Positions 9,469 through 19,021 are shown, counted from the first letter of the stretch. The stretch: DNA of 64,000 nucleotides from an uncultured Faecalibacterium sp. (GCA_964542315.1 CAZIUA010000003.1:3679-67678); one strand, 5' to 3'. Program-made: numbers and translations. Notes: a model not told the origin generated them from the letters alone.

Positions 9469-12219
9469 ATGAACAATATGAAGAGATCACTCCCGGCCCT
9501 GCTGCTGGCTGTGATGCTCCTGTGCAGCATGCTGCCCGCTTATGCGGAGGAGCTGCCCTACGACACCTACAACTACGACTACTGGAACGACATCTTCCGC
9601 ACGCCCGCGGCCTATGTGCCGGAGGGCAGCGTCCTGGGGACGAAGCTGACCTGGCAGGGTCAGCCCCTGGGGGCGTTCGTCGAGCCGCAGGATCTCTGCG
9701 TCGCGCCGGACGGCACCATCTATCTGGCGGACACCAACAACCACCGCATCGTCGTGCTGGATGCCAGCATGACCACGGTGCTCAATGTCATCAAGGACTT
9801 TGACAACGCCGGCAGCGCGGATGAATTCAACAAGCCCACGGGCGTGGCCGTCACCGAGAACGGCGATGTGTACATTGCCGACTCCCAGAACCACCGCGTC
9901 GTCATCCTGCATGCGGACGGTACGCTCAAGGCGATCATCGAGATCCCGGCGGCGGCCGCCAGCCAGAAGCTCGGCACGTCCACCTACACCGTCGGCACCT
10001 ACATCGAGGGGCTGGACGGCATGGGTGAGTCCGTCGCGGATGAAAACGGCGACACCTACGTCGTGGTGAACCTCACGGCGGAAGGCGCGCAGTCCGTCAC
10101 CGATGCGGACGGCATGACCTACACCCTCGCGGCGGAGAACGAGTGGCTCAAGCCCTTCCAGACCAGCTTCACCGCGGAAAACGGCGCGACCCTCACCCTC
10201 GCGGAGGACGCATCCAGCGTCACCTACACCGACGCGGATGGCAATGCGACCGTCATCGCGAATTACGACCCCATCCCGAACAAGGACATCTTCACCTACA
10301 TCGGCCGCCTGGTCAAGAAGCTCCAGGGCAGCAGCGTCAGCATGAGCAAGGTGTCCACGCTGAACGCCAAGGGCGTGTGGATCGACGACGACGGCGACCT
10401 GTACATCTGCGGCGCGAAGTCCATCACCCAGCTCAGCCCAGAGGGCAAGCTCATCCGCACCTACGCCAGCTACAAGCAGGCGGACGGCACGCAGGTCAGC
10501 CTGACGACCATCAGCGAGTTCTGCGTGCAGGATGGCAATCTGTACATCCGCGACGATGCGAACCGCATCATCGTTCTGAACGAGGACGGCAAGCTGGTGG
10601 AGATCTGCCGCAGCAATGTCATCCGCACGGCGGATGCGGCGGTGGACGCCAGTGCCGGCCAGGCGCAGGAGCAGTTCAGCGCTGTGGCCATCGACCTGGT
10701 GGGCGATTATCTGCTCTCCGGCCTGGGCGACACTGTGATCGTCATGCGCAAGGACGGTACCTTCGTCCGGACCATCGAGAACAATGCGGTGCTCCGCCTG
10801 AATGCGGACGGCGAGATCGTCGAGACCATCACCGAAGTCCAGAACGGCAAGACCACCGAGCGCTTCAACGGCGTCAGCGGTGTGGCGATGCTGGATGGCA
10901 AGCTCTGCGTGCAGGAGGCGGACAACCGCATCCTGGTCATCGAGGGCGGCAAGGCCGTTCAGATGGCGCAGAACAACGCCGTCATGGTCACCGACGGCCA
11001 GAATAACCTGATCCGCACCATCACCGGCTATGAGCAGGAGGGCGAATTCCATCCCTTCGCCACGGTGGATGGCGTGAAGGGTGTGGCCCTGGGCTATGTC
11101 TGTGACAGCACGAAGCCCGCGGCCCAGCGCGTCCAGCGCCAGATCTCCATCGCGGACAGCCTGGATCAGCTCATCACTCTCAACACGGCGGATGAGGTCA
11201 TCCGCATCAGCGTCAACCCCGACAGCGAGGTGCTGGAGGACGGCTACGTCTTCACCCCGCTGAAGGTGAGCGTCGATTACGCCGGACGCGTGTACTGCGT
11301 GGCGCAGAACATGTTCGAGGGCATCATGGTCTTTGAGACCAATGGTGAATTCACCGGTTTCTTTGGCACGATCCCTGTGAACCTCACCGCGTGGGAGAAG
11401 TTCTGGCGCAAGCTCGCCACGAAGGAGGAGCGCTCCCAGCAGCAGCTCTTCATCCCCACCGAATTCACCGGCATCGACATCGACGAGGAAGGCTTCGTCT
11501 ATGCGTCCAATGTGGACAGCACCGGCACGCAGGCCGTCCGCCGCCTGAACCCCAAGGGCGAGGACGTCATCCGCCTGGGCTGGAGCGAGAACCTCGGCGG
11601 CGACCTGTGGATCGAAGGCACCAGCCAGTATGCCGGCGCGAGCAAGATGATCGACGTCGTCTACCGCGAGAAGGGCATGTACAGCCTGCTGGACTCCAAG
11701 CGCGGACGCATCTTCACCTATGACCACGAGGGCAATCTGCTCTACATCTTCGGCAGCATCGGCAGCCAGGCTGGCACCATGACCGCGCCCGTCGCCATTG
11801 AATTCGCGGGCGACCGCATCCTGGCGCTGGACGCCAAGCAGGCCAGCATCATCATCTATCAGGAGACGGAATACGGTCGCCTGATCAACGAGGCCGTGGG
11901 CCTGCGCTATGACGGCGATGAATCCCAGGCCGTGGCGCTGTGGGAGCAGGTGCTCCGCATGGATGAGAACAACGAGCTGGCCAATATCGGCATCGGCAAG
12001 GCGTATCTCTCTGCCGGTGACAATGAGAAGGCCATGGAATACCTGAAGCGCGGCATGAGCCAGGATTACTACTCCGTGGCGTTCAAGCGCTACCGCAACG
12101 AGGTGCTCAAGGCGAACATCCAGTGGATCCTCACCGGCGTGGTGGTGCTGATCGCTGCGCTGTGGGCGTTCTTCAAATTCGTCAAGCCCCGCATGCACAA
12201 AAAGGAAAGGAGAGTGTGA
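9469..12219 (+). CDS. NHL-repeat beta-propeller protein with a C-terminal TPR segment and C-terminal TM anchor
   Basis: Signal peptide (...MLPAYAEE). NHL-type repeats (IYLADTNNHRIVVLD, VYIADSQNHRVVILH and later copies). TPR-like ...NIGIGKAYLSAGDNEKAMEYLKRG. Terminal TM segment ILTGVVVLIAALWAFFKFV followed by basic residues. Confidence 0.75.
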   Translation: MNNMKRSLPALLLAVMLLCSMLPAYAEELPYDTYNYDYWNDIFRTPAAYVPEGSVLGTKLTWQGQPLGAFVEPQDLCVAPDGTIYLADTNNHRIVVLDASMTTVLNVIKDFDNAGSADEFNKPTGVAVTENGDVYIADSQNHRVVILHADGTLKAIIEIPAAAASQKLGTSTYTVGTYIEGLDGMGESVADENGDTYVVVNLTAEGAQSVTDADGMTYTLAAENEWLKPFQTSFTAENGATLTLAEDASSVTYTDADGNATVIANYDPIPNKDIFTYIGRLVKKLQGSSVSMSKVSTLNAKGVWIDDDGDLYICGAKSITQLSPEGKLIRTYASYKQADGTQVSLTTISEFCVQDGNLYIRDDANRIIVLNEDGKLVEICRSNVIRTADAAVDASAGQAQEQFSAVAIDLVGDYLLSGLGDTVIVMRKDGTFVRTIENNAVLRLNADGEIVETITEVQNGKTTERFNGVSGVAMLDGKLCVQEADNRILVIEGGKAVQMAQNNAVMVTDGQNNLIRTITGYEQEGEFHPFATVDGVKGVALGYVCDSTKPAAQRVQRQISIADSLDQLITLNTADEVIRISVNPDSEVLEDGYVFTPLKVSVDYAGRVYCVAQNMFEGIMVFETNGEFTGFFGTIPVNLTAWEKFWRKLATKEERSQQQLFIPTEFTGIDIDEEGFVYASNVDSTGTQAVRRLNPKGEDVIRLGWSENLGGDLWIEGTSQYAGASKMIDVVYREKGMYSLLDSKRGRIFTYDHEGNLLYIFGSIGSQAGTMTAPVAIEFAGDRILALDAKQASIIIYQETEYGRLINEAVGLRYDGDESQAVALWEQVLRMDENNELANIGIGKAYLSAGDNEKAMEYLKRGMSQDYYSVAFKRYRNEVLKANIQWILTGVVVLIAALWAFFKFVKPRMHKKERRV

Positions 12220-12221
12220 CC

Positions 12222-12854
12222 ATGAAGGAGCTGTTTGGCAAGGAAAAGTGGAAATACCTCTTCTATACCGTGACCCATCCCAGTGACGGATACTACTGGA
12301 TCCGCCATAAGGAGAAGGGCAGCGTGGGCATCGCGATGGTGCTGGTGCTCCTCTTTGGTCTGTGCTTCACCCTCAACCGCCTGCTGACGTCCTTTGTGGT
12401 CAGCGCGATCAATGTCCGCCAGGTGGACCTGCTGCCCGAACTGGGCGGCGTGGTGCTGCTGTATCTGCTCCTGTGTGTGGGCAACTGGTCCATCACCTGC
12501 CTGATGGATGGCGAGGGGCGCTTCAAGGACATCATGATCGCCATCGGCTATGCCATGCTGCCCATGATCATCACCTATGTGCTGGCCACCATCGTCAGCC
12601 GCTTCCTGGCGGATAACGAGCAGGCCTTCTACACCATCATCATGGGCATCGGCATCGCCTACACGCTGATCATGGCGCTCACGGGCATCATGCAGATCCA
12701 CAATTACACCCTCGGCAAGACGCTGCTGACCCTCCTGCTGACGCTGGTGGCGGTGTTCATCATCATCTTCCTGACGATGCTGGTGGCCAGCTTCATCGGC
12801 CAGGTGGTGGCGTTCTTCCAGAGCATCTATACCGAATTGATCTTCAGATTCTAA
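12222..12854 (+). CDS. Yip1-family integral membrane protein
   Basis: About five TM segments after a soluble N-terminus (KYLFYTVTHPSDGYYWI), resembling bacterial Yip1-domain proteins. Preceded by AAAGGAAAGGAGAG; lies 2 nt after the upstream stop. Confidence 0.65.
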   Translation: MKELFGKEKWKYLFYTVTHPSDGYYWIRHKEKGSVGIAMVLVLLFGLCFTLNRLLTSFVVSAINVRQVDLLPELGGVVLLYLLLCVGNWSITCLMDGEGRFKDIMIAIGYAMLPMIITYVLATIVSRFLADNEQAFYTIIMGIGIAYTLIMALTGIMQIHNYTLGKTLLTLLLTLVAVFIIIFLTMLVASFIGQVVAFFQSIYTELIFRF

Positions 12855-12872
12855 AGCGGGAGGGAAGGAAGC

Positions 12873-15491
12873 ATGAAAAACAAGAAGAATCATCCTGCTC
12901 CCGCGGCACAGGGCAGGAAGGGCTGGCTGTGGATCGTGCTGATCGCCGTGCTGGTCGCGGCGGCGGCGCTCCTTGGCTGGTACCTGATGCGCTATCAGTT
13001 CAACCGGGATTACCTGGCCTTCATCACCGAGCCGGCCGCTGCGGTGGAAGGCATGGAATTCACGCCCCTGGCGGATGATGATCCCGCGGTGGAGGGCATG
13101 GCGCTGGCTGCTGAAAACGGCACGCTCAAGCTCTACGCCAACGCATCCACGGGCGAAGTCGCGGTGCATGACCTGCGCAGCGGACGGACGGTCTACTCCA
13201 ATCCGCCCCAGGCCAACAGCGACAAGATCGCCAACAAGACCAACAAGAACTACCTCAAGTCCCAGTTCCTGCTGGAGTATTTCAACTCCGGCCTGACCGC
13301 CAACACCTATGACAGCTACACCAAGAGCGTGGAGCTGGGCAATATCAAGGCGGAATCCATCCCGGACGGCGTGCGCTTCACCTATGAGGTGGGCGAAGAG
13401 GTGGAGGTCTACTACGTTCCGCATCTGCTGTCCGATGCGCGCTTCCAGGAGCTGTACAACGGCTCTTCCGCCACGGTGCAGAAGCTGATGACCGGCCAGG
13501 CGAATTCCTTCTATGCACAGGATGAGGAAGGCAACTGGCGCATCACCGAGAACGGCGTGAAGATGTCCATCCGCAACCTGAACCGCATGTCCGAGAGCTT
13601 CCTTGAGCTGGGCCTGACGGTCGAGGAATACTACGACTGGCAGGAGAAGGCGGAAGTGACCGTCAACGAGGCGCTGGGTTTCACCGTGGTGCTGGAATGG
13701 ACCCTGCGCGGCGACGGCGTGGAATGCACCGTCCCGGCGGACCGCATCCAGGAGCGCGGCGGCGGCATGGTGCGCCGCATCCAGCTGCTGCCCTACATGG
13801 GTGCGGCCAGCGCGGAGGAAGAGGGCTACATCGTCGTGCCCAATGGCTCCGGCGCGCTGATCGACTTCAACAACGGCAAGACCACCAGCGCGGTCTACAG
13901 CCAGTATGTCTACGACATGGATCTGGTGGATGCGGAATACACCAAGACGCAGACCATCCAGTCCGTTCGGCTGCCGCTCTTTGCGCTTTGCCGCAAGGAC
14001 AGCACCGTTCTGGCCACCATCGAGAAGGGCGCGTCCTTCGCGTCCATCACGGCGGACATCAGTGGCCGCAACAATTCCTACAACAATGCCTATGTCACCT
14101 TCACCCTGCGCGGCAGCGGGAAGCTCTCCATGTTCGGCGCGGGTGAAACGGCGGATATGCCCATCGTGGAGAGCAAGCTCTACGACGAAACGCTGACCGT
14201 CCGCTACACCCTCCTGAACGAGGAGAACACCGGCTACAGCGGTGTGGCGAATTACTACCGCGCGCGCCTGCTGGATGAAGGCGTGCTGACCGAAAAGGCG
14301 GAAGGCGGCGACATCCCCTTCTACTATGACGTGATCGGCGGCGTGAAGGAGCGTACCCACACCCTGGGCGTGCAGCACCTGCGCGTGATGGCCATGACCA
14401 CCTTTGATGAGGCGGCTGAAATGACCGGCATCCTGGCGGACAAGGGCGTGACCCATCAGGTCATGAACTTCCAGGGCTGGATGAACGGCGGCTACTATCA
14501 CGATGTGGCGGATGACATCCGCATCCAGCGCCAGCTGGGCAGCAAGAAGGATCTGGAGAAGCTCAGCGCCGGTCTGACGGCCATGGGCGGAGAACTGTAC
14601 GCCGATGTGGCCCTCCAGAATGTGACCTATGTGGCCAAGCACTACCGCTATCAGGAGGAAAGCTCCCGCTATTACGGCGCGGGCTATGCGGTGTCCTTCG
14701 GCGAGGTGAATCCGGCGAACTTCCGCCGCACCGCCTCCCTGGGCTATTCCGAGAACCTCTATGACCTGCTGTCCCCCAAGTTCCTGCCCCATTACGTCAG
14801 CCATTTCATCGATGAGATGGACGATATCGACATCACCGGCATCTCCCTGCGCGACCTGGGCAATGAGCTGCATTCGGACAAGAAGCGCACCAATATCATC
14901 AACCGCGAGGAAGCGCTGATGATCGTGGAGGCGCAGCTGGATGCCCTTCGCCAGAGCGGCAAGCGCCTGATGGTCTCAGGTGGCAACGACTACGCCCTGG
15001 AAGGCGTCAGCCATGTGCTGGCCGCTCCCATGCAGGCCACGGAATACTTCATCGTGGATGAGAGCATCCCGCTGTACCAGATGATCGTGCATGGCTGCCT
15101 GGATTACACCGGGCGCGCCATCAACACCCTGACCAGTAACGACATGCGCGCAGACCTGCTCCACCTGGTGGAGTACGGCGCATCCACCAGGTACACCTTC
15201 ACCTGGGAGGACGCGACGGACATGAAGTACACCGGTCTGAACAAGTTCTATGCCACGACCTTCGCCTCCTGGGCGGATGAAGCGGTGGAGAACTACCAGT
15301 ACGTCAACGGCGCGCTGAAATGCGTCAGCAATGCCCGGATGGTCAGCCACGAGGCCCTCACCGACACGGTGAAGAAGGTCGGCTATTCCAACGGCGTGAC
15401 CATCTACGTCAACTACGGCACGGCGGATGCGCAGGCGGACGGCTACACCATCCCTGCCAAGGACTATCTTGTGATCGGAGGCGTGAATTAA
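12873..15491 (+). CDS. N-terminally membrane-anchored DUF5696-like protein (unknown function)
   Basis: A single N-terminal TM segment (WLWIVLIAVLVAAAALLGWYL) followed by about 830 aa outside. The family is assigned from memory of this gene context, not from a search. Confidence 0.6.
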   Translation: MKNKKNHPAPAAQGRKGWLWIVLIAVLVAAAALLGWYLMRYQFNRDYLAFITEPAAAVEGMEFTPLADDDPAVEGMALAAENGTLKLYANASTGEVAVHDLRSGRTVYSNPPQANSDKIANKTNKNYLKSQFLLEYFNSGLTANTYDSYTKSVELGNIKAESIPDGVRFTYEVGEEVEVYYVPHLLSDARFQELYNGSSATVQKLMTGQANSFYAQDEEGNWRITENGVKMSIRNLNRMSESFLELGLTVEEYYDWQEKAEVTVNEALGFTVVLEWTLRGDGVECTVPADRIQERGGGMVRRIQLLPYMGAASAEEEGYIVVPNGSGALIDFNNGKTTSAVYSQYVYDMDLVDAEYTKTQTIQSVRLPLFALCRKDSTVLATIEKGASFASITADISGRNNSYNNAYVTFTLRGSGKLSMFGAGETADMPIVESKLYDETLTVRYTLLNEENTGYSGVANYYRARLLDEGVLTEKAEGGDIPFYYDVIGGVKERTHTLGVQHLRVMAMTTFDEAAEMTGILADKGVTHQVMNFQGWMNGGYYHDVADDIRIQRQLGSKKDLEKLSAGLTAMGGELYADVALQNVTYVAKHYRYQEESSRYYGAGYAVSFGEVNPANFRRTASLGYSENLYDLLSPKFLPHYVSHFIDEMDDIDITGISLRDLGNELHSDKKRTNIINREEALMIVEAQLDALRQSGKRLMVSGGNDYALEGVSHVLAAPMQATEYFIVDESIPLYQMIVHGCLDYTGRAINTLTSNDMRADLLHLVEYGASTRYTFTWEDATDMKYTGLNKFYATTFASWADEAVENYQYVNGALKCVSNARMVSHEALTDTVKKVGYSNGVTIYVNYGTADAQADGYTIPAKDYLVIGGVN

Positions 15492-16409
15492 ATGAGTAAG
15501 CTGCATGTCTCCATGAAGACCAAGCGGGCAGTGAATGGCTACCTGTTCATCCTGCCCTGGCTGATCGGCTTTGTGCTGTTCTATGTGCGCAGCCTGTATC
15601 AGACGGTGGAATTCTCCCTGTCCTCGCTGACGGTGCTGCCGGCCGGCGGCTACGAGCTGGACTTCGTCGGTTTTGCGAACTACATCACGGCCTTCACCGG
15701 ACACGGCACCTTCAAGCAGACGCTGACCACCTCCCTGATGAACATGGTGGTGGATGTGCCGCTGATCATCTTCTTCTCCTTGTTCGTGGCGATGCTGCTG
15801 AACAAGAAGATGAAGTGCCGCGGCCTGGTGCGCGCGATCTTCTTCCTGCCGGTGCTGATGAACTCCGAGGCCATTGCCGGCACGCTGGAATACGCTGCGC
15901 AGATGATGGCCGGCGGCCTGAGCGGCACCTCCGCCGAAATGGCGGAAGCCGCCTCCTCCGGTACGGCGGTCAACATGGCCTACTTCGTTGAGCTCTTCGG
16001 CGAGATCGCCCTGCCCGAGGCGGTGCTGGACTATGTGGTGGGTGCGGTCAGCCGCATCAGCGACATCATCCAGGCCTCTGGTGTGCAGATCGTGCTGTTC
16101 ATCGCGGCGCTGCAGTCCATCACCCCGTCCATGTACGAGGTGGCGAAGATCGAGGGCGCGACCGGCTATGAGACCTTCTGGAAGGTCACCTTCCCCATGG
16201 TCATGCCCCACATCATCACCAACACCATCTACACCATCGTGGATGCCTTCAGCCAGTCCGAAGTGGTCAACCTGGCCTACACCACCGCTTTCACAGAGAG
16301 CAAGTACGGCCTGTCCTCCGCGTTCAGCGTGATCTCGACGGTCATCACCTGTTCGCTGCTGGCGCTGGTGGTGTACCTGATGTCCAAGAAGACCTTCTAC
16401 TACAACTAA
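15492..16409 (+). CDS. carbohydrate ABC transporter permease, pair 2
   Basis: Multi-TM protein with loop YEVAKIEGATGYETFWKVTFP. The start is directly adjacent to the upstream stop. Confidence 0.9.
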   Translation: MSKLHVSMKTKRAVNGYLFILPWLIGFVLFYVRSLYQTVEFSLSSLTVLPAGGYELDFVGFANYITAFTGHGTFKQTLTTSLMNMVVDVPLIIFFSLFVAMLLNKKMKCRGLVRAIFFLPVLMNSEAIAGTLEYAAQMMAGGLSGTSAEMAEAASSGTAVNMAYFVELFGEIALPEAVLDYVVGAVSRISDIIQASGVQIVLFIAALQSITPSMYEVAKIEGATGYETFWKVTFPMVMPHIITNTIYTIVDAFSQSEVVNLAYTTAFTESKYGLSSAFSVISTVITCSLLALVVYLMSKKTFYYN

Positions 16410-16427
16410 AGGGGAGGAGAGGAAAAC

Positions 16428-17366
16428 ATGAAAGCAATGGAAAAATGGCATGCGTTCCGCAATTCTCCCCGGTATGAGGATCGCAAGGGCGCGGCCTCCA
16501 AGAAAACCAAGAGCCTGCTGATGACGCTGCTGCAGATCGTGCTGATCGTGGGCATTGCCTACGTCATCCTCAGCCCGGTGATCGGCATCATCTCCCAGTC
16601 CTTCTTCTCCGACAGCGACTCGGCCAACCCCATGGTCTTCACCATCCCGATGAAGCCGACGCTGGAACGCTACAAGGGGGCCTGGACGGAGCTGAAATAC
16701 CCCACCACCCTGGCCTGGACGCTGGCCTATACCGTCATCAACACCCTGTTCCAGGTGTTCATCTGCTCCATGGTCGGATACGGCTTTGCGCGCTTTGAGT
16801 TCCCGCTGAAGAAGGTGCTCTTCGCCTGCGTGGTGGTGATGATCGTCATCCCCAACCACACCATCATGCTCTCGCAGTACATGACCTTCCGCGCGATGGA
16901 GCTGATGCGCTCCCAGATGCCGGTGTACATCCTGACCATCTGCGGCGTCGGATTGCGGTCGGGTCTGTATATCTACATCTTCAACCAGTTCTTCCGCGGC
17001 TTGCCCAAGGAGATCGAGGAGGCCGCCTTCGTGGACGGCGCCGGCACCTGGTACACCTACTTCCGCATCATGCTGGTCAACGCCATGCCTGCGGTCATCA
17101 CGGTGACGGTGTTCTCCCTGGTGTGGCAGTATAACGACATGTTCTACGCCAAGCTGTTCCAGATCCCCAATGCGCAGCTGCTGGCGCGCCAGCTCTCCAC
17201 GCTGCAGAGCAATATCGGCGCGAACCTGAAGATCATGAACGTGCGTATCCAGAAGCTCTACGTCAACGCGGGTGTGGTGCTGACGATGCTGCCCATCCTG
17301 ATCATCTACCTCCTGCTGCAGAAGCGCTTTGTCGAGGGCGTGGAACGCTCCGGCATCGTCGGCTGA
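16428..17366 (+). CDS. carbohydrate ABC transporter permease, pair 2
   Basis: Loop EEAAFVDGAGTWYTYFRIMLVNAMP. Preceded by GGGGAGGAGAGG. Confidence 0.9.
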   Translation: MKAMEKWHAFRNSPRYEDRKGAASKKTKSLLMTLLQIVLIVGIAYVILSPVIGIISQSFFSDSDSANPMVFTIPMKPTLERYKGAWTELKYPTTLAWTLAYTVINTLFQVFICSMVGYGFARFEFPLKKVLFACVVVMIVIPNHTIMLSQYMTFRAMELMRSQMPVYILTICGVGLRSGLYIYIFNQFFRGLPKEIEEAAFVDGAGTWYTYFRIMLVNAMPAVITVTVFSLVWQYNDMFYAKLFQIPNAQLLARQLSTLQSNIGANLKIMNVRIQKLYVNAGVVLTMLPILIIYLLLQKRFVEGVERSGIVG

Positions 17367-17383
17367 TGCAGGCTTGACAGAAC

Positions 17384-17410
17384 GGCGCGGGTGCTTTCAC
17401 GGTATCCGCA
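17384..17410 (+). repeat. 27-nt direct repeat, copy 1 (GGCGCGGGTGCTTTCACGGTATCCGC)
   Basis: Near-identical to 17504-17530 (one T/C difference). Confidence 0.8.
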
Positions 17411-17503
17411 CTGAAAAAGGATGTCCCGAAGGTTCCCAAAGGGCGACCGGAAAGCCCTTTGGTCGCCTCCGCGAGGCAAGATCCGCAAGAGGCAGCAAGA
17501 TCC

Positions 17504-17530
17504 CGGCGCGGGTGCTTTCACGGCATCCGC
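17504..17530 (+). repeat. 27-nt direct repeat, copy 2 (forms the terminator stem)
   Basis: Same sequence as copy 1 but followed by TTTTTT. Confidence 0.8.
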
Positions 17531-17538
17531 GCTTTTTT
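17508..17538 (+). terminator. rho-independent terminator closing the 14.5-kb operon
   Basis: GCGGGTGC-loop-GCATCCGC followed by a T6 run. Confidence 0.65.
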
Positions 17539-17592
17539 GTGCCATCTCAGAAAATGAAGGGTGAAGCGCGGAAAATGGGTGCTATTCAGCCG

Positions 17593-17621
17593 TTGACGGC
17601 CTGTCCGCCGCGTGATACAAT
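17593..17621 (+). promoter_or_regulatory. sigma-A type promoter
   Basis: TTGACG, 17-nt spacer, TACAAT. Confidence 0.55.
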
Positions 17622-17645
17622 GAAGAAAAAACAAGGAGAACCGAT

Positions 17646-18590
17646 ATGGAAAAGATCGTTGTGCTGGACGGTGCGGTGGAGAACCCCGGCGACCTCTCCT
17701 GGGAGCCGCTGGCAGCCCTGGGCGCGCTGACCGTCCATGATTATACCGCGCCGGAGGATGTGCTCAGCTGCATGGGGGATGCCGCCATTGTGCTGACCAA
17801 CAAGACCGTCATCACGGCGGACATGATGGCGCAGTGCCCGAATCTGCGCTATATTGGCGTGCTGGCCACGGGCTATAACGTGGTGGATGTGGCCGAGGCG
17901 AAAAGGCGCAGCATCGTTGTGACCAATGTGCCGGCGTATTCCACGCCCACGGTGGCGCAGTTCACCATGGCACTGCTGCTGGAGATCGCCCTGCATGTGG
18001 GGCATCACAGCGAAGCGGTGCATGCGGGCAAGTGGAGCGCCTGCCGGGATTTCGCCTTCTGGGACTATCCGCTCATGGAGCTGCGCGGCAAGACCATGGG
18101 CATCGTGGGGTATGGCAGCATCGGGCAGGAGGTCGCCCGGCTGGCGAAGGCCTTCGGCATGCGCGTGCTGGCCTATTCACGCCATGGCTGCGCGGAGGAT
18201 TATGCGCCGCTGGATGAGCTCTATGCCCAGGCGGACATCGTGTCCCTGCACTGCCCGCTGACGGCGGAAAATGCAGGCATGATCGACAAACACACCATCG
18301 CGAAGATGAAGGACGGCGTCATCCTGCTGAACACGGCGCGGGGCGGCCTCATCAATGAGCAGGACCTGCGCGAGGCGCTGCTGTCCGGCAAGGTGTATGC
18401 GGCGGCGTCGGACGTGGTGTCCGCAGAACCCATCCGGGCGGACAATCCCCTTTTGGGGCTGAAGAATATGATCATCACGCCGCATATCGCGTGGGCGGCG
18501 ACGGAAGCCCGTCAGCGCCTGATGGACATTGCCACGGACAATGTCCGCCAATTCCTGGCCGGGCATGTGCAGAACAATGTGGCAAAATGA
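17646..18590 (+). CDS. D-isomer-specific 2-hydroxyacid dehydrogenase (glycerate/hydroxypyruvate reductase-like)
   Basis: NAD-binding GKTMGIVGYGSIGQEVA, plus the LNTARGGLI and ITPHIAWAT blocks typical of the family. Confidence 0.9.
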   Translation: MEKIVVLDGAVENPGDLSWEPLAALGALTVHDYTAPEDVLSCMGDAAIVLTNKTVITADMMAQCPNLRYIGVLATGYNVVDVAEAKRRSIVVTNVPAYSTPTVAQFTMALLLEIALHVGHHSEAVHAGKWSACRDFAFWDYPLMELRGKTMGIVGYGSIGQEVARLAKAFGMRVLAYSRHGCAEDYAPLDELYAQADIVSLHCPLTAENAGMIDKHTIAKMKDGVILLNTARGGLINEQDLREALLSGKVYAAASDVVSAEPIRADNPLLGLKNMIITPHIAWAATEARQRLMDIATDNVRQFLAGHVQNNVAK

Positions 18591-18602
18591 GGAGGGCTGA
18601 CG

Positions 18603-19007
18603 ATGCGTCCGACGATCCTGACCTTCAACCTGGCGGAGAGCCGCCTGTCAAAATTGCGCTTTTTGTGCATGAAGCTGGGCTGCGCGGTGAAGCCCGTGCC
18701 GGAAACGGACTGGGGACAGCCGCTGTCCGCGCTGTGCGGTTTGTCCGCTGCGGAAGAAAATGCCCCTGCGGAAGAAAATGCCCCTGCGGAACCCTTTGCC
18801 GGCGAGATGCTGGTCTTCTGCCACATGGACAATGCGGCCGTCAACCGCTTTCTACAAACGGCGAAGCAGATGCGCTTCCAGCCGGTGGCACTCAAGGCCA
18901 TCCTGACCCCGACCAACGCCGCGTGGACGCCAGTCCGCCTGCATGCGGAACTGTCGGCGGAACGCGAAGCCATCCTTCATGGCGGGACCGCTGACCATCC
19001 GGACTGA
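18603..19007 (+). CDS. DUF3783 domain protein
   Basis: Small protein with ...KAILTPTNAAWTPVRLHAELSAERE..., as remembered for DUF3783. Confidence 0.55.
   Translation: MRPTILTFNLAESRLSKLRFLCMKLGCAVKPVPETDWGQPLSALCGLSAAEENAPAEENAPAEPFAGEMLVFCHMDNAAVNRFLQTAKQMRFQPVALKAILTPTNAAWTPVRLHAELSAEREAILHGGTADHPD
18750..18791 (+). repeat. in-frame tandem duplication (18-nt unit x2 plus a partial copy) encoding AEENAP AEENAP AE
   Basis: GCGGAAGAAAATGCCCCT is repeated back to back. Confidence 0.9.
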
Positions 19008-19021
19008 AAGGAGCATGCGCC

